Below, one piece after another: positions 49,225 to 59,733 of a stretch of 64,000 bases of DNA. Origin of the DNA: a bacterium. Its GTDB lineage: Bacteria > UBA8248. A model generated the notes under the pieces. That model did not search any database and was not told where the DNA came from. It saw only the letters and a list, made by a program, of their open reading frames with translations. Location of the stretch: positions 704,001-768,000 of the forward strand of contig OZ253442.1 of the NCBI GenBank assembly GCA_965261085.1, read 5' to 3'. How positions within the stretch are numbered: position 1 is the first letter of the stretch; each line of letters opens with the position of its first letter. Made by a program: the position numbers and the translations under genes.

Positions 49225-49638
49225 TCAGGTGCTTTTCAAGTTGCGGTAGTCATCCGCAGTCAAATCCGTACCGGGCTTGAGATCCCGTCTCAGACTAATC
49301 ACGAATTCCGCAAGAGCGCGCTCCCTCTCTTGATCGGAAGACGTGGCGGTATCAGAAACGGTTGCGAGAAATGCGTAACCTGCCCTTATCACTTCGTCGG
49401 GACAGTACAACCACGCGAGGCGGATCTGCTCAATGAAACGCTTCTTCTCCACGGCATTCTGGGAGGCCACATAGAAACCGGGCAGCGACTTGAGCAGGAT
49501 CAGGTATCTTTCCTCTTTGCGTTTGTAGTTTTCCCAGCGGCGCTTGGCCCATTCATTCAAGCACCATCCTATGATCACCACACCCAACGGGACGATCACC
49601 GCCAATGATGGACTCATGTCCTTCAACGACTCCCACAT
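49225..49638 (-). CDS. Hypothetical protein with N-terminal TM helix
   Basis: AAGGAG RBS; TM then KRKEERY, AWLYCPDEVIR, LRRDL. Confidence 0.7.
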   Translation of the reverse strand: MWESLKDMSPSLAVIVPLGVVIIGWCLNEWAKRRWENYKRKEERYLILLKSLPGFYVASQNAVEKKRFIEQIRLAWLYCPDEVIRAGYAFLATVSDTATSSDQERERALAEFVISLRRDLKPGTDLTADDYRNLKST

Positions 49639-49831
49639 GGGTTCGATCCTCTCCTTGATCTCGAATCGTCTAAAGTGATTCCCAACCTTTGGGTACGTGG
49701 TCGCACAGGCCCTATCAGTCTCACGGCAGTCCATTTGACGCCTGACCCAAGTCGAAACCCTCTCGCCGCTACGAGCCCTCCCACGGGCACCCACGTCCTG
49801 TTTCCTTGGAGTTTAGGTTGTAGGCAGACCT

Positions 49832-50692
49832 TCACACTTTACTCACTATTCGTAATTCTGTGTCTAAAAACCAATCCCGTATTTGCGCCCAACTGTCGTA
49901 CTCTCCGAGATCTATATGTCGGGTTAGTACGAGAATATTCCTTGACACTTCATCATAACTCCACTCTGTATTTGTGAATGTTTCTGAGAAATCCGTCGCC
50001 AGTCTCTTGCAATAGGAATTGACATGCTTTATGCGTTCTCTTCTTCCGAATCCCTTGAAACACCAGACAACAACGCTAATTCTTGCTTCATTAATGTCGA
50101 CCGAGCGACATATAGTAGCTTTCACACGTTTGCTGATATTGAAAGGTTTCACGGGTCGGCTACCCCATTGATTCCAAAACTCTTTCATCAATCTTCTTTT
50201 TATAGTTCTCTCGTCATCTGTAAATAAAACTTTATCAATTTGTGATTGTGTAGGTGCTAAATCCAGGAATAGGACTACTTTGTGTTTCTCATCTTTGCTT
50301 CGAGCGATCTTCAACAGGTAGTATATTGCACCTTCTGGCTTTGATTCTTCCTTCATATTTTCATGAGAAGTCAGCCTCCGAAATTTCTCGCTGAAAGATG
50401 AAGCAACCCATATCCTGATCCTCGCTTCCAAGCTCTCTCCATAAGCCACCAGCTGTTGAAAATGTCTGGCATTGGCCGACTCAATCTGATTCTCGATTAC
50501 GACTTTAGTATTGCTTTTGGTTTCCCACGCGACGATATCCGCCCTTCCGCCAGCCGCAGATACCTCTTGTCCCAATTGAGTCAGTTCGAGTCCCGTAGAA
50601 TTCGAAACGAGTTCAAGATTGTTCTTGAGCCAAGGAGTAAAATTGTTGGCCTCGTGGGGCCACCGGTCTCGAATCCATTTTGCGTGGCTCAT
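49832..50692 (-). CDS. NucS-like PD-(D/E)xK nuclease-domain protein
   Basis: W.HEA..FTPWL..NL, E.....GRADI, VVIENQ....H..Q...Y; AT-rich gene. Confidence 0.7.
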   Translation of the reverse strand: MSHAKWIRDRWPHEANNFTPWLKNNLELVSNSTGLELTQLGQEVSAAGGRADIVAWETKSNTKVVIENQIESANARHFQQLVAYGESLEARIRIWVASSFSEKFRRLTSHENMKEESKPEGAIYYLLKIARSKDEKHKVVLFLDLAPTQSQIDKVLFTDDERTIKRRLMKEFWNQWGSRPVKPFNISKRVKATICRSVDINEARISVVVWCFKGFGRRERIKHVNSYCKRLATDFSETFTNTEWSYDEVSRNILVLTRHIDLGEYDSWAQIRDWFLDTELRIVSKV

Positions 50693-51222
50693 GCCGACTT
50701 TTCCTTCTTGGATCACAGCAACTAGCGAGGCGCAACGGTCGGCATCCACAATCCATTAGCTGACCAACCCTGCGAACGATGGGTCTGGAATTTGCAATCC
50801 ATCCTCCCGCCGAATAATGCTCAGTCGCGCATCCGATGTTTGCCACGCGGGACACATGGTTTAGATGAACCTCTTGCCGGATGACGACTTCTGGGAACGT
50901 GTCGGCCCCGACCGCCGTCTCCAGCTTTACCTTCATCTGTCGCTGAGCGTTAGCACGGTTTAAGATGTCGTCTAGACCGACCATACCCTAAATATTGCGG
51001 ACGGGGAAGCACGCGATGCTACGGGAAAAACCCACAATCCTCCTACCGCCCGTTTAGAGACACTAGGGAATTGCCAACAGTAAAAAATCCCGCTATCCCA
51101 TTGATATCATTGAGAAATACTAACTCTTCTCATTCTAGTTCGGAGTGTGTTTTCTGAAATATGTAATCAATCCGGAAGCGGAAGAATTCAAACTCCCGCG
51201 TATTTTGGAGAGTCCGTGTCGG

Positions 51223-51264
51223 GTCGGATAGGTAGGAGGGAGTCGTTACCGAGCCCCTCCTACC
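51223..51264 (-). mobile_element. Possible group II intron domain VI / 3' end remnant
   Basis: Minus strand GGTAGGAGGG-GCTCGGTAACGACT-CCCTCCTACC hairpin followed by TATCCGAC; domain V and RT gene not seen. Confidence 0.4.
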
Positions 51265-51442
51265 CGGCCCCCTGTCAGTAACCATTACGCCCCCAATCTT
51301 TCCCCTTCAAACCAGTCCAGCCTAAGGGTATCGAAATTTCTCCTATTCAGCATGGACCGGTTTAAAGGAGAAAGATTATTGCTCGATCACATGGTCTTGA
51401 GACACATCGGTTCGCAATTTCTCACTCATCGATCGAAATTGA

Positions 51443-51506
51443 CCCCCCACCGACTCGCTTGCGGGCTTACGCCCTTACCTCGTCGACTCCCCCTCAAGGG
51501 GAGAGT
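51443..51506. repeat. MITE/REP-like element, half copy
   Basis: Nearly identical to right half of the 2674-2844 element (CCCCCCACCGACTCG...CGTCGACTCCCCCTCAAGGG). Confidence 0.85.
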
Positions 51507-51607
51507 ATCTTTCTTTCTCATCAGTTGCCAATGCTGTTCAAGAGCGAAGTCCGCAGCCACGCCTATGGGGGTGAATTCCGAGCGAGGAGAGCTTTTTCAA
51601 CAACCCC

Positions 51608-52405
51608 CTAGCCTCCCGCTTCTGCCAGAAACGCATCCACGGCCGCGTTCCATTCCGTGTGGGAGCGGCGATAGCTGTAATGGCCTCCCTCCTCCAGGAT
51701 CACGAGCTTAGAACCCGCAATCGCCTTTTGTAAGTCCTGGGCGAAGTACGGCGGGGTGAGGGCGTCGTCTTTCGCGGCGATGATGAGCGCCGGCTTGTCG
51801 ATGTTTTGAATCTCGGCGGTTCTGTCGTGGGTAAGCGTCATGTCGAGGCGCGCGGTGATGACCTCAACGGGCGCGATGGTGTCCTTCTGGCGCGCTTCCA
51901 GGTCGAGCAGGTTCTCGTACATGTTCCTGAACTGCGTCCACCCGCACGTCCACAGCGAGCTGAACTTGATGTATTCCTCCAGTCCGTAGGCCTCGGCGAT
52001 CTGCTTGCGCGAGGTCTGAAGGCGCGTCATGTAGGGGTCGGCCTTCGTCCAGGTGTTGGTGAACACACAACAATTTATCCGTTCGGGATAGTCGAGCGCC
52101 AGGTTTTGCAGTATGCACCCGCCCGTGGAAGTGCCCGCCACGTGGGCCTTTTCGATTCCCAGCGTGTCGAGCAGGGCGATGGCGTCCTGCGCGATGATGC
52201 CGGTGGAATAAGCGTCTTTTGGCTTGTCGCTCTCGCCCGTGCCCCTGTGGTCGAAGGTGATGCATCGGTAGCGATCCGAAAAATGGGGAATCTGGAAATC
52301 CCAGGCGTCCAGAAGGCCCATGAGACCGGGGATGAACAGGAACGCCTCCCCCTCTCCACTTTCCGCGTAGTTGAGTTGCACCTCACCGGCTTGAATGCGT
52401 GGCAT
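51608..52405 (-). CDS. Alpha/beta hydrolase
   Basis: FDHRGTG.S, nucleophile elbow GTSTGG, GGH. Confidence 0.9.
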   Translation of the reverse strand: MPRIQAGEVQLNYAESGEGEAFLFIPGLMGLLDAWDFQIPHFSDRYRCITFDHRGTGESDKPKDAYSTGIIAQDAIALLDTLGIEKAHVAGTSTGGCILQNLALDYPERINCCVFTNTWTKADPYMTRLQTSRKQIAEAYGLEEYIKFSSLWTCGWTQFRNMYENLLDLEARQKDTIAPVEVITARLDMTLTHDRTAEIQNIDKPALIIAAKDDALTPPYFAQDLQKAIAGSKLVILEEGGHYSYRRSHTEWNAAVDAFLAEAGG

Positions 52406-52430
52406 GGTTTCTCCTTTTAGATTTTATGAT

Positions 52431-53444
52431 TTATTCGTTCGGGTCATTGAGGATTTCGGCCACCTCCACGCGGCGGCCCTCACGCGCGGAGCGCACGCCC
52501 GCGCGGATGACGGCGAGAGAGGATACGGCGGCCTCGCCTTCCATCTCGGGCGGCGCGCCGCCGCGAACGGCGTCCGCGAATTCTTCGAGTTCCTCGACGA
52601 TGGTCTCGTTCTTCTCACAGGCCACCGCCCGGGGCGATTTCTCGCCCCGGTAGAGGACGCGCAGGCCGTCAAAAAGCGTGTAGTAGGCCGTGGCCGTTTT
52701 CCCGTAGATGTTCATGAGGTAATACTCGGACGCCGAGGCGTAGCTCGCCGTCAGGTTCGAGATGGCGCCGCATTCATGCTCGAGAATCAGGTTCGCCACG
52801 TCGGGGTTCTCTCCGGGCAGGACGAGTTGGGCCGTCCGGCCCGAGACGGCGGCGATCGGCCCCATGATGTAGGTCAGCACGTCGGTGTAGTGGATGCCTA
52901 TCTGGAGCATGACGCCGCCCGGCATGGCATCGGCCTGATAGCGCCAGTGGCCGAGTTCGAACTGCCCCTCCCTGTCTCTGCTGATGTTGCACTCCGCCTG
53001 CACGAGTCTGCCGAATTCACCCGCATCGATCTTGTTCCTGATCCAGCGGAAGTGGTTCTCCCGCCGCCTCTGGTAGCCGATGGCGAGCACCACGCCCGCC
53101 TCTGCGCACGCGCGGGTGAGCGCCTTGCCGTCTGCGACCGTGTGGGCGATGGGTTTATCGAGAAAAACGTGTTTGCCCGCCTCGGCCGCCGCTTTTGTGG
53201 ATTCCAGGTGAACGTGGTTCGGCGTGGTGTTGATGATGGCCTCGATGGTATCGTCCGCCAGGATTTCCTCGTAGCTTCCCGCCGCCTCGCAATTGTATTT
53301 TTTCGCAAAGGCCGCGCGCTTGTCTTCAGAGCGCGTGAAGCATGCGGCAATCTCGATTTTATCGGTCTTTTGAATCGCATCGGCCAGAACGTCCGACCAC
53401 CAGCCCATGCCGAGCGACGCCACCCTTACAGGTTTGGAACTCAT
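52431..53444 (-). CDS. Gfo/Idh/MocA oxidoreductase
   Basis: GMGWW, TPNHVH, GKHVFLDKP, GYQRR, IGIHYTD. Confidence 0.92.
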   Translation of the reverse strand: MSSKPVRVASLGMGWWSDVLADAIQKTDKIEIAACFTRSEDKRAAFAKKYNCEAAGSYEEILADDTIEAIINTTPNHVHLESTKAAAEAGKHVFLDKPIAHTVADGKALTRACAEAGVVLAIGYQRRRENHFRWIRNKIDAGEFGRLVQAECNISRDREGQFELGHWRYQADAMPGGVMLQIGIHYTDVLTYIMGPIAAVSGRTAQLVLPGENPDVANLILEHECGAISNLTASYASASEYYLMNIYGKTATAYYTLFDGLRVLYRGEKSPRAVACEKNETIVEELEEFADAVRGGAPPEMEGEAAVSSLAVIRAGVRSAREGRRVEVAEILNDPNE

Positions 53445-53532
53445 TTTTCCTGTGACTCCTTCATATGATGCCGATACAAGGGATGAAAAATGTTTTTTGC
53501 GGGCTTTCGCAGAGGCGCAGCGCGCCATAAAA

Positions 53533-53970
53533 TCAAAAAGAAGCGCCCACCGCCTCGACGGCCACGCGCGCGATGGCCTCATCCTGCGCCCAGTCGCCCC
53601 CGCTCACGCCGATGCCGCCCAGACACTCACCCTCATAAAGAATCGGAAAACCGCCTTCCATCGCCGTCCATCGCTCGGGACCTGCGGCGAGGGCCAGGCC
53701 CAAGGCGTGGGCGGTATCCAGATGCTGGGCCTGCGCGCCCTGCGTGGTGGTGGGCCGCTTGTTCGAAGCCGAACACACCGCCTTGGTGGTGGATGAATGC
53801 ACGGTGTGGAAGCGCCCGCCGTCCATGCGCTCGAGGAGCACCAAGTGTCCGCCAGCGTCGGCGATGGCCACGGTGACGGGGATGCCGAACTCCTCCGCCT
53901 TGGCGATGGCGGCCGTCATCATCAGTTTGGCCCCCTTGGTGGTGAGGCGATGGGTGCGGGCGAATGGCAT
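53533..53970 (-). CDS. GlcG/HbpS heme-binding family protein
   Basis: VAIADAGG.L..L.RMDG, KA, GGFPI, GGIGVSGG...D. Confidence 0.9.
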   Translation of the reverse strand: MPFARTHRLTTKGAKLMMTAAIAKAEEFGIPVTVAIADAGGHLVLLERMDGGRFHTVHSSTTKAVCSASNKRPTTTQGAQAQHLDTAHALGLALAAGPERWTAMEGGFPILYEGECLGGIGVSGGDWAQDEAIARVAVEAVGASF

Positions 53971-54163
53971 GGATGCGTCTCCTATGGCTGTGGGCTTCCC
54001 GTTAAGCAGAAAATTTTCCCCTTGTAACAATTCAACCATCTTTTGTCGACGTTTAGGGTCTCCCTTCCAAAGGGAGCGAATTCCCTCGCGCCCGCCTCAC
54101 CCTTGTCATCGGCCAGAGGCTCCCCCATCATGCGCCTCGTTCTGGATTTTGAGAGAAAGGGGA

Positions 54164-54943
54164 ATGGTAGTGTCCGATATCGTTTCGTTCATGGAGGAGA
54201 CCGCCCGTAAGGCGGGCGCGCGCGCCATAGAGTTGTTCGGTCATGTTGAAAGCGAACCCAAAGGACGCAGCATCGTCTCGCGCGCCGACAGGGAGGTTGA
54301 GCGCATCATCATCGAGGAGATTCGCGCGGCCTATCCTGATGATCCCGTACTGGCGGAGGAAAGCGGCGTGAGCGGCGCGGGCGATATCGGCCCCGACACC
54401 CGCTGGTGGGCGATAGACCCCATCGACGGCACCGGCCCCTACTTGAAGGGACTCCCCTTCTGGGCGGTCTCCATCGCGTGTCTTAGAGGCTCGCATGTAG
54501 AGGCGGGCGTCGTCCACATGCCGGCAATGGGCGAGACCTTCACCGCCACGATCTCAGGCCCCGCCATGAGGAACGGAGAGCCTATCCCCAAAGTCGATCA
54601 GGGAGTGCCCACCGCGCACGATTATCTCTTCATTCCGTGCGGTGAGGTAGAGGGCCTCTCGCACCGATTCCCCGGTCGTTTTCTGGCGCTGGCATCCGCC
54701 GCCTGCCATATATGCCTCACGGCGGCGGGTTCGGCCTTTGGAGCCTTGATGGAGCCCATACGCGCGTATGACTTCGCCGCCGCCGCCCTCATCTATGAGC
54801 GCGCGGGCGGAGCGGTGGGCTATCTATCGGGAGCGGGAATCGACTACACGGCGCTGGCGGATGGACGCCGGGCACCTGAACCCGTACTCGCAGCCCCGGC
54901 AGAGCGAATCGACTGGCTGAGAGAAAAAGTTTCCTGGGGCTAG
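54164..54943 (+). CDS. Inositol monophosphatase family protein
   Basis: ADREVE, LAEES, WAIDPIDGT, YDFAAA. Confidence 0.88.
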   Translation: MVVSDIVSFMEETARKAGARAIELFGHVESEPKGRSIVSRADREVERIIIEEIRAAYPDDPVLAEESGVSGAGDIGPDTRWWAIDPIDGTGPYLKGLPFWAVSIACLRGSHVEAGVVHMPAMGETFTATISGPAMRNGEPIPKVDQGVPTAHDYLFIPCGEVEGLSHRFPGRFLALASAACHICLTAAGSAFGALMEPIRAYDFAAAALIYERAGGAVGYLSGAGIDYTALADGRRAPEPVLAAPAERIDWLREKVSWG

Positions 54944-54961
54944 ATTTTTCGGAGCTTGAGC

Positions 54962-55765
54962 CTACATCCACATGCCCGCGCGCTGCATCATCTGGTCGAG
55001 CTGGAAGCTCACGCGATCGGCGCATTCGAACGGCGTCGTGTGGCCTGCGCCGTCCACCAACTCCAAGACCGAATCGCTCAGCCCCTCGTGTAAGGCGGTC
55101 ATCTGCGCGTGCGGCACCAGCGCATCGCCCGTGCCGCCGAAGACCACGCAGGGAACGGTGATTTCGCCCAGGCGCGGCGTCATCTCCTCGCGCGTGCGTA
55201 GAGCGTCGATGAGCGAGGCGATGTAGTCGGGAATCTGTGAGAGCACGACTTTTTTCGTGGCCTCTATTTCGAGCGGATGGGAGGCGATGTAGGCCGGCGC
55301 AAACAGGCTCTCCAGGAAATGCTGCGCAAAACCCGCCATTCCCTCGTTGATGACGGTCTGCATGTGCTGTAGGCGCACCTTCTTGCCTTCTTCTGAATCC
55401 GCCGTCGCCCGGGTGCTGATGAAGCCGCACGCGCGCACCTTGAGCGGGTGGCGCACCACCATCTGGAGCAGGATGTAGCCGCCCAGGGAGAACCCCGCCA
55501 CGGCGGCGGCGCTGATGTCGAGCGCGCCGAGGAAGGCCGCCATGTCGTCGGCCATCATCTCGATGGTGATGGGGCCGCCCGAGTGCGCCGTCCGCCCCAT
55601 GCCGCGCATGTCGGGAGCCAGAACCCGGTAGCTTCTTTGCAGCGCTTCGACTTGGCGGTCCCAGATGGTGTGATCCAGCGAAAACCCGTGCAGGAGCAGG
55701 AGCGGCGCCCCGCTTCCCGATTCCTGGTAGGCGATATCGATTCCGTTTACGGATACGGTTTTCAT
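54962..55765 (-). CDS. Alpha/beta hydrolase (PcaD-like)
   Basis: LLLHGF, PDMRGMG, GFSLGG, GAGH. Confidence 0.9.
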   Translation of the reverse strand: MKTVSVNGIDIAYQESGSGAPLLLLHGFSLDHTIWDRQVEALQRSYRVLAPDMRGMGRTAHSGGPITIEMMADDMAAFLGALDISAAAVAGFSLGGYILLQMVVRHPLKVRACGFISTRATADSEEGKKVRLQHMQTVINEGMAGFAQHFLESLFAPAYIASHPLEIEATKKVVLSQIPDYIASLIDALRTREEMTPRLGEITVPCVVFGGTGDALVPHAQMTALHEGLSDSVLELVDGAGHTTPFECADRVSFQLDQMMQRAGMWM

Positions 55766-55938
55766 GGCGCGCTCCCATCGTGTTTGAACCGGCTTCAAAA
55801 GGCCGAGTTGTTTTTAGAGGTTAAGATTCTAGCACACGAGAGATGCCGCCGGAACGCCGGGGAGGGGGTTGGGGCGGGGGGGGGGGGAATGTAGAGTTGT
55901 TTCGGGAAAAGGATATTCACTTTTGGTGAACAAACTTT

Positions 55939-56382
55939 TCAAGAACGAAGAATTCTCTTGAAAGGGCTTGTCCTTAAAAAATACTTTCCCGGTTTTCCAG
56001 CGAGTAAAAACCCGGAACCCTTTGGAGCCTTGGTAAGGGCAAACAAATCCTCTTTCACTTGCAATATCGCGCACGCTTTTTCAAATTGATTGTCATGCAG
56101 GATGGATTTGGTCATTAAAACATGTGTAACTCCGTTTTGTTCGCAGATTACCCTGAATGAAACACTTCTGTTCTTAATACCCCAATCCGTGCTTATGACT
56201 ATCCAACCATCCGTTGCCGCTTTGGGTATCCATTCCGGATCTTTTTGGTGATCCCACCCCAAGTCGAATATAGAAGCAAAAGTAATGTCTCTATTTCTGT
56301 CTTTTTCGGCGAGTTCTTGTAGTGGGGGAGCAATTTTTTTGCTAATGCACTCGTCCAGAAGAATTTTGATGGGGTCGGTCAT
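55939..56382 (-). CDS. PIN-like toxin (VapC45-like)
   Basis: ILLDECI, DPEWI, GWIVISTD; follows DUF433 gene. Confidence 0.75.
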   Translation of the reverse strand: MTDPIKILLDECISKKIAPPLQELAEKDRNRDITFASIFDLGWDHQKDPEWIPKAATDGWIVISTDWGIKNRSVSFRVICEQNGVTHVLMTKSILHDNQFEKACAILQVKEDLFALTKAPKGSGFLLAGKPGKYFLRTSPFKRILRS

Positions 56383-56390
56383 GCAGCCAA

Positions 56391-57062
56391 TCAATCCTCC
56401 AGATAATGGTCCACATAATTGCAGGCTGCTTCTACCGCATCAATTTCTACGCCAAAAACATCGGCGGCACGCTCTATTCCTCCTTCGGAAGATACGGCTG
56501 ACCACAGTGTTTTCACTGTGTAGCCGGAATCTTCGATTATAGGCTCGCCAAATCTCACCTCGGGGTCTAAGAGGACGTTCCAGTTTTTATAGTTGTAAGG
56601 ACGAATTTGCGTTGCCAGAAAGGTTTTATCAAAACTAATTTTCCTTTGATAAATTTCTACGAATGCTGGAATCACTAAATTTCCTCTGGATCTCCCAGAT
56701 GCCTGATAGTAGTTCTTATTATCGGGGTCGCCTCTGAATACAATATTCTTTCCTACGATATGCCAGACTTCTCCATATTTTCTGGCTAATGGGCGGTCAA
56801 TACCCAGTTCTTTTGCGTACGAAAGGGCTTGCTTTATTCTTGTAAGAGATACGCCTGCCTTTCTAGCTGTGCGGATGGCCCCAAGTTGGATGAAATCAGC
56901 AAATGTGATAAGCCGCTGTTCGGGTATGTCGACTCCCGACTCTAAGACGGGATCAGTATAGAACCAACGAGTTACGAGGTGAGGCGAAACTTGTGCGTAA
57001 TATGCTGCCTCTCGGGTAGTGTAGAGTCCAACACCAAGTAAATTTTCTGTCGTCGCAACCAT
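56391..57062 (-). CDS. DUF433 antitoxin (VapB45-like)
   Basis: GLYTTREAA, ITFADFI, LDPEVRFGEPII..G; GGAGGT RBS. Confidence 0.82.
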   Translation of the reverse strand: MVATTENLLGVGLYTTREAAYYAQVSPHLVTRWFYTDPVLESGVDIPEQRLITFADFIQLGAIRTARKAGVSLTRIKQALSYAKELGIDRPLARKYGEVWHIVGKNIVFRGDPDNKNYYQASGRSRGNLVIPAFVEIYQRKISFDKTFLATQIRPYNYKNWNVLLDPEVRFGEPIIEDSGYTVKTLWSAVSSEGGIERAADVFGVEIDAVEAACNYVDHYLED

Positions 57063-57192
57063 CGGCGGACCTCCTTGCAAAACTACTTCCATTATAGTCG
57101 AAAAAGTACGAGTGGAATAATCTCGCAGAGAGGACTTTCTTGAAGTTGTGAGCGATAGATTTTCTCACATTCACAACATAGCTGTTTTTTCC

Positions 57193-58434
57193 TCATTCCT
57201 CCCACCCCAAAACAGGCAGCGACAGCAGGGCGAATTCGCCGAGCGCCAGTTCGATTTCCTCGCGCACCCAGGCGTCTCTTTCGACTTCGAGTCTGGCCTC
57301 AAGAGCGAAGCGCGCGCGCTCATCGCGAATTCGCTTGCCGACGCGGGCGAGCGCCCACGCGGCGTGGCCGCGCGCGAGGGGTTCCCGGTGACCGAGGGCG
57401 CGGGCCAGGGGCGCCATGCTCTCCGCACCCCCCGTGTTGCCGATGGCGACGATGACGTTTCTCAAAAAACCCCCGTAGCGCGCCCGCATGATGGGCGTGC
57501 CGCGAAACGCCTTTTGGAACCCGATCTCGCTCATCGCAAGGAAATCGAGCAATTGGGGATTCCGCGCCGCCGGTCGGGGGGCGAACCTAGGCTCGCGCGC
57601 GGTGGGCGCGTCGTCCTTCCAGGGGCAGACCTCCTGGCAGATGTCGCAGCCGAAGACGTGCGCGCCCACCGGAGCGCGGAGTTCTCTCGGAATCGGGCCT
57701 CTGAGCTCGATGGTGAGGTATGAGATGCAGCGCCTCGCGTCCACCACGCCCGGCGCGACGATGGCGTCCGTCGGGCAATCGTCGATACAGCGCGTGCACG
57801 TGCCGCAGTGCTCATCCGTGAAGGGCGCGTCCACTTCCAGCGCCCTGTTCAGGAGCAGGCAGCCCAGGAAGAAATAGCTCCCCAACTTGCGCGAGAGAAG
57901 CAGGGAGTTCTTTCCTTTCCAGCCCAGGCCCGCCAGGACGGCCAGATCGCGCTCGAGCAGGGGGCCCGTGTCCACGTAGCTTCTGCCATTGATGCCCGGG
58001 TCGATACTTTTCAGGTCGCGCAGAACGCGGATGAGCCTTTTCTTCATGAACTTGTGGTAATCCCCGCCGTGGGCGTAGCGCGCGATTTTTCCCTGTCCCT
58101 CCGCATGGGGGGTTTCCTGCTCGGGCCTGTAGCACATGGCGACGACGAGGGCCGCGCGCGTCTCCGGCCAGAGGCGGCGCAAATCCCCGCGCACATAGGG
58201 GTTTCTGCTCAGATAGCTCATCTCGCCCGCGTAGCCTCGCTCGATCCACTCGACGTATCGCCCGTGCGCTTGGCCCAGGCCGGGCGGGGCGATGGCGGCA
58301 ACGTCGAAGCCGTGCGCCAGGGCGCATTCTTTGACCTTCCTTGTGAGTTCGCCCGCGCTCATGCGGCTCTCCCCTGTATGCGGGAGATTCGCACCGGGGT
58401 CTTCGGGAAGTGGGTTTGCGCGTTCGTTCGCCAT
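57193..58434 (-). CDS. queG: tRNA epoxyqueuosine reductase
   Basis: IARYA.G.DYH, VDTGPLLER, CGTCTRCIDDCPT, CISYLTIE, FGCDICQEVCPW. Confidence 0.95.
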   Translation of the reverse strand: MANERANPLPEDPGANLPHTGESRMSAGELTRKVKECALAHGFDVAAIAPPGLGQAHGRYVEWIERGYAGEMSYLSRNPYVRGDLRRLWPETRAALVVAMCYRPEQETPHAEGQGKIARYAHGGDYHKFMKKRLIRVLRDLKSIDPGINGRSYVDTGPLLERDLAVLAGLGWKGKNSLLLSRKLGSYFFLGCLLLNRALEVDAPFTDEHCGTCTRCIDDCPTDAIVAPGVVDARRCISYLTIELRGPIPRELRAPVGAHVFGCDICQEVCPWKDDAPTAREPRFAPRPAARNPQLLDFLAMSEIGFQKAFRGTPIMRARYGGFLRNVIVAIGNTGGAESMAPLARALGHREPLARGHAAWALARVGKRIRDERARFALEARLEVERDAWVREEIELALGEFALLSLPVLGWEE

Positions 58435-58610
58435 GTCTTCTCCAAGCGATACGAGAATGTCTCGTGAAGCGTCGATCTTGGCGGGCGGGCGGCTCTGTGT
58501 CAACAATTAGGCTGAAAAGAGTTTTATTGTTACCATGCGGGGGATTTGGTGGTATGTATTGATTCGCTTTGATTCCAAGCATTTGATCGCCTGCAAAAGG
58601 AAAACCCAAG

Positions 58611-59318
58611 TTGAACGGCAAGACGAAAATTCTGTGGGCGGCGGGCGTCTGCCTGCTGGCGACCGCCCTGCTCGTTTACCTCTTCTGGGGAGAGATAGAC
58701 GACGCCTGGGTGCACCTGGTGAAGCTCCAGGACAAGAAAGAGAAGTTCAGGGACTGGATTCATTCGTTCGGCCCCTGGGGTCCGGTGGTGTTCATCGGGG
58801 TGCAGGTGTTCCAGGTGGTTTTCTCTCCCATACCGGGCGAACTCACGGGATTTCTGGGCGGCTACGTGTATGGCGCGTTCGTGGCGACGATCTTCAGCAC
58901 CATCGGCCTGACGGTGGGGAGTTTCCTCGCGTTCTACATTGGGCGAAGGCTGGGCCGTCCTTTCGTGGAGAAGCTCATACCACCCGTGGTTCTCGATAAA
59001 TTCGATTTCCTCATTACGAACAGGGGCGCTTTTCTCGCCTTCATCCTGTTCTCGGTTCCAGGCTTTCCGAAGGACTATATGTGCTACCTGCTGGGCCTGA
59101 GCCCGCTGGGGACACTGACTTTCGTACTCATCTCCTTTCTGGGCAGGATTCCCGGCACCATCATGCTGGGCATCCAGGGAGCCGGGATGTACAAGGAGCA
59201 ATACGGTATGGTGGTCGCCCTGCTGGTGGTCACGGTGATCTGCGGGGCGGCGGCGGTCTACTTTCAGGAGCCTTTGAGGCTCTGGCTCAAGAGCAAGGCA
59301 GGCCACGGGGAAACTTAA
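58611..59318 (+). CDS. TVP38/TMEM64 (DedA/VTT) membrane protein
   Basis: QVVFSPIPGE, GGYVYG, PGFPKD, GRIPG. Confidence 0.9.
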   Translation: MNGKTKILWAAGVCLLATALLVYLFWGEIDDAWVHLVKLQDKKEKFRDWIHSFGPWGPVVFIGVQVFQVVFSPIPGELTGFLGGYVYGAFVATIFSTIGLTVGSFLAFYIGRRLGRPFVEKLIPPVVLDKFDFLITNRGAFLAFILFSVPGFPKDYMCYLLGLSPLGTLTFVLISFLGRIPGTIMLGIQGAGMYKEQYGMVVALLVVTVICGAAAVYFQEPLRLWLKSKAGHGET

Positions 59319-59479
59319 GGCCAGGCGCGCGCGACTCCTAAGGGGCTGTTGAAAAGTCCTGATTTCGTGATTTGGCGTATGTAGCCGACCGGGGAGGGAG
59401 GAGACAACATAATCCCTCCCGCCTTGGTCGGGATTGACCCCTTGAGGGGGCCATCCTCCCGATAGAGTATGGCGGAGCC

Positions 59480-59649
59480 ACTCCCCCCTTGAGGGGGAGT
59501 GGCAGAAGCCGAGCGGTTTGTGCGAAGGCTGATGCGTGGGGGGTATGGTTCCCAAAACAAAAGCTCCCCCCACCGGCGCGACTTCAGACTTCGTCCTCGT
59601 CTTGCCGACGGACTTTCCCCTCGGAAAGCCCGACCCTCAAGGGGGGAGT
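59480..59649. repeat. MITE/REP-like element, copy 3
   Basis: Left half nearly identical to 2674-2738; ends CCCTCAAGGGGGGAGT. Confidence 0.85.
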
Positions 59650-59733
59650 TATTTCATAAGCGTATGCCGATTGAGAAATCCATATAACGGCTGCATGATT
59701 GAGGTTTGGCGATAATCCCTGCCCATATGAAAT

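Noticed and set aside
50613-50984. 123-aa minus-strand ORF upstream of the nuclease
   Set aside because: No motif, overlaps the nuclease start out of frame; possibly a remnant
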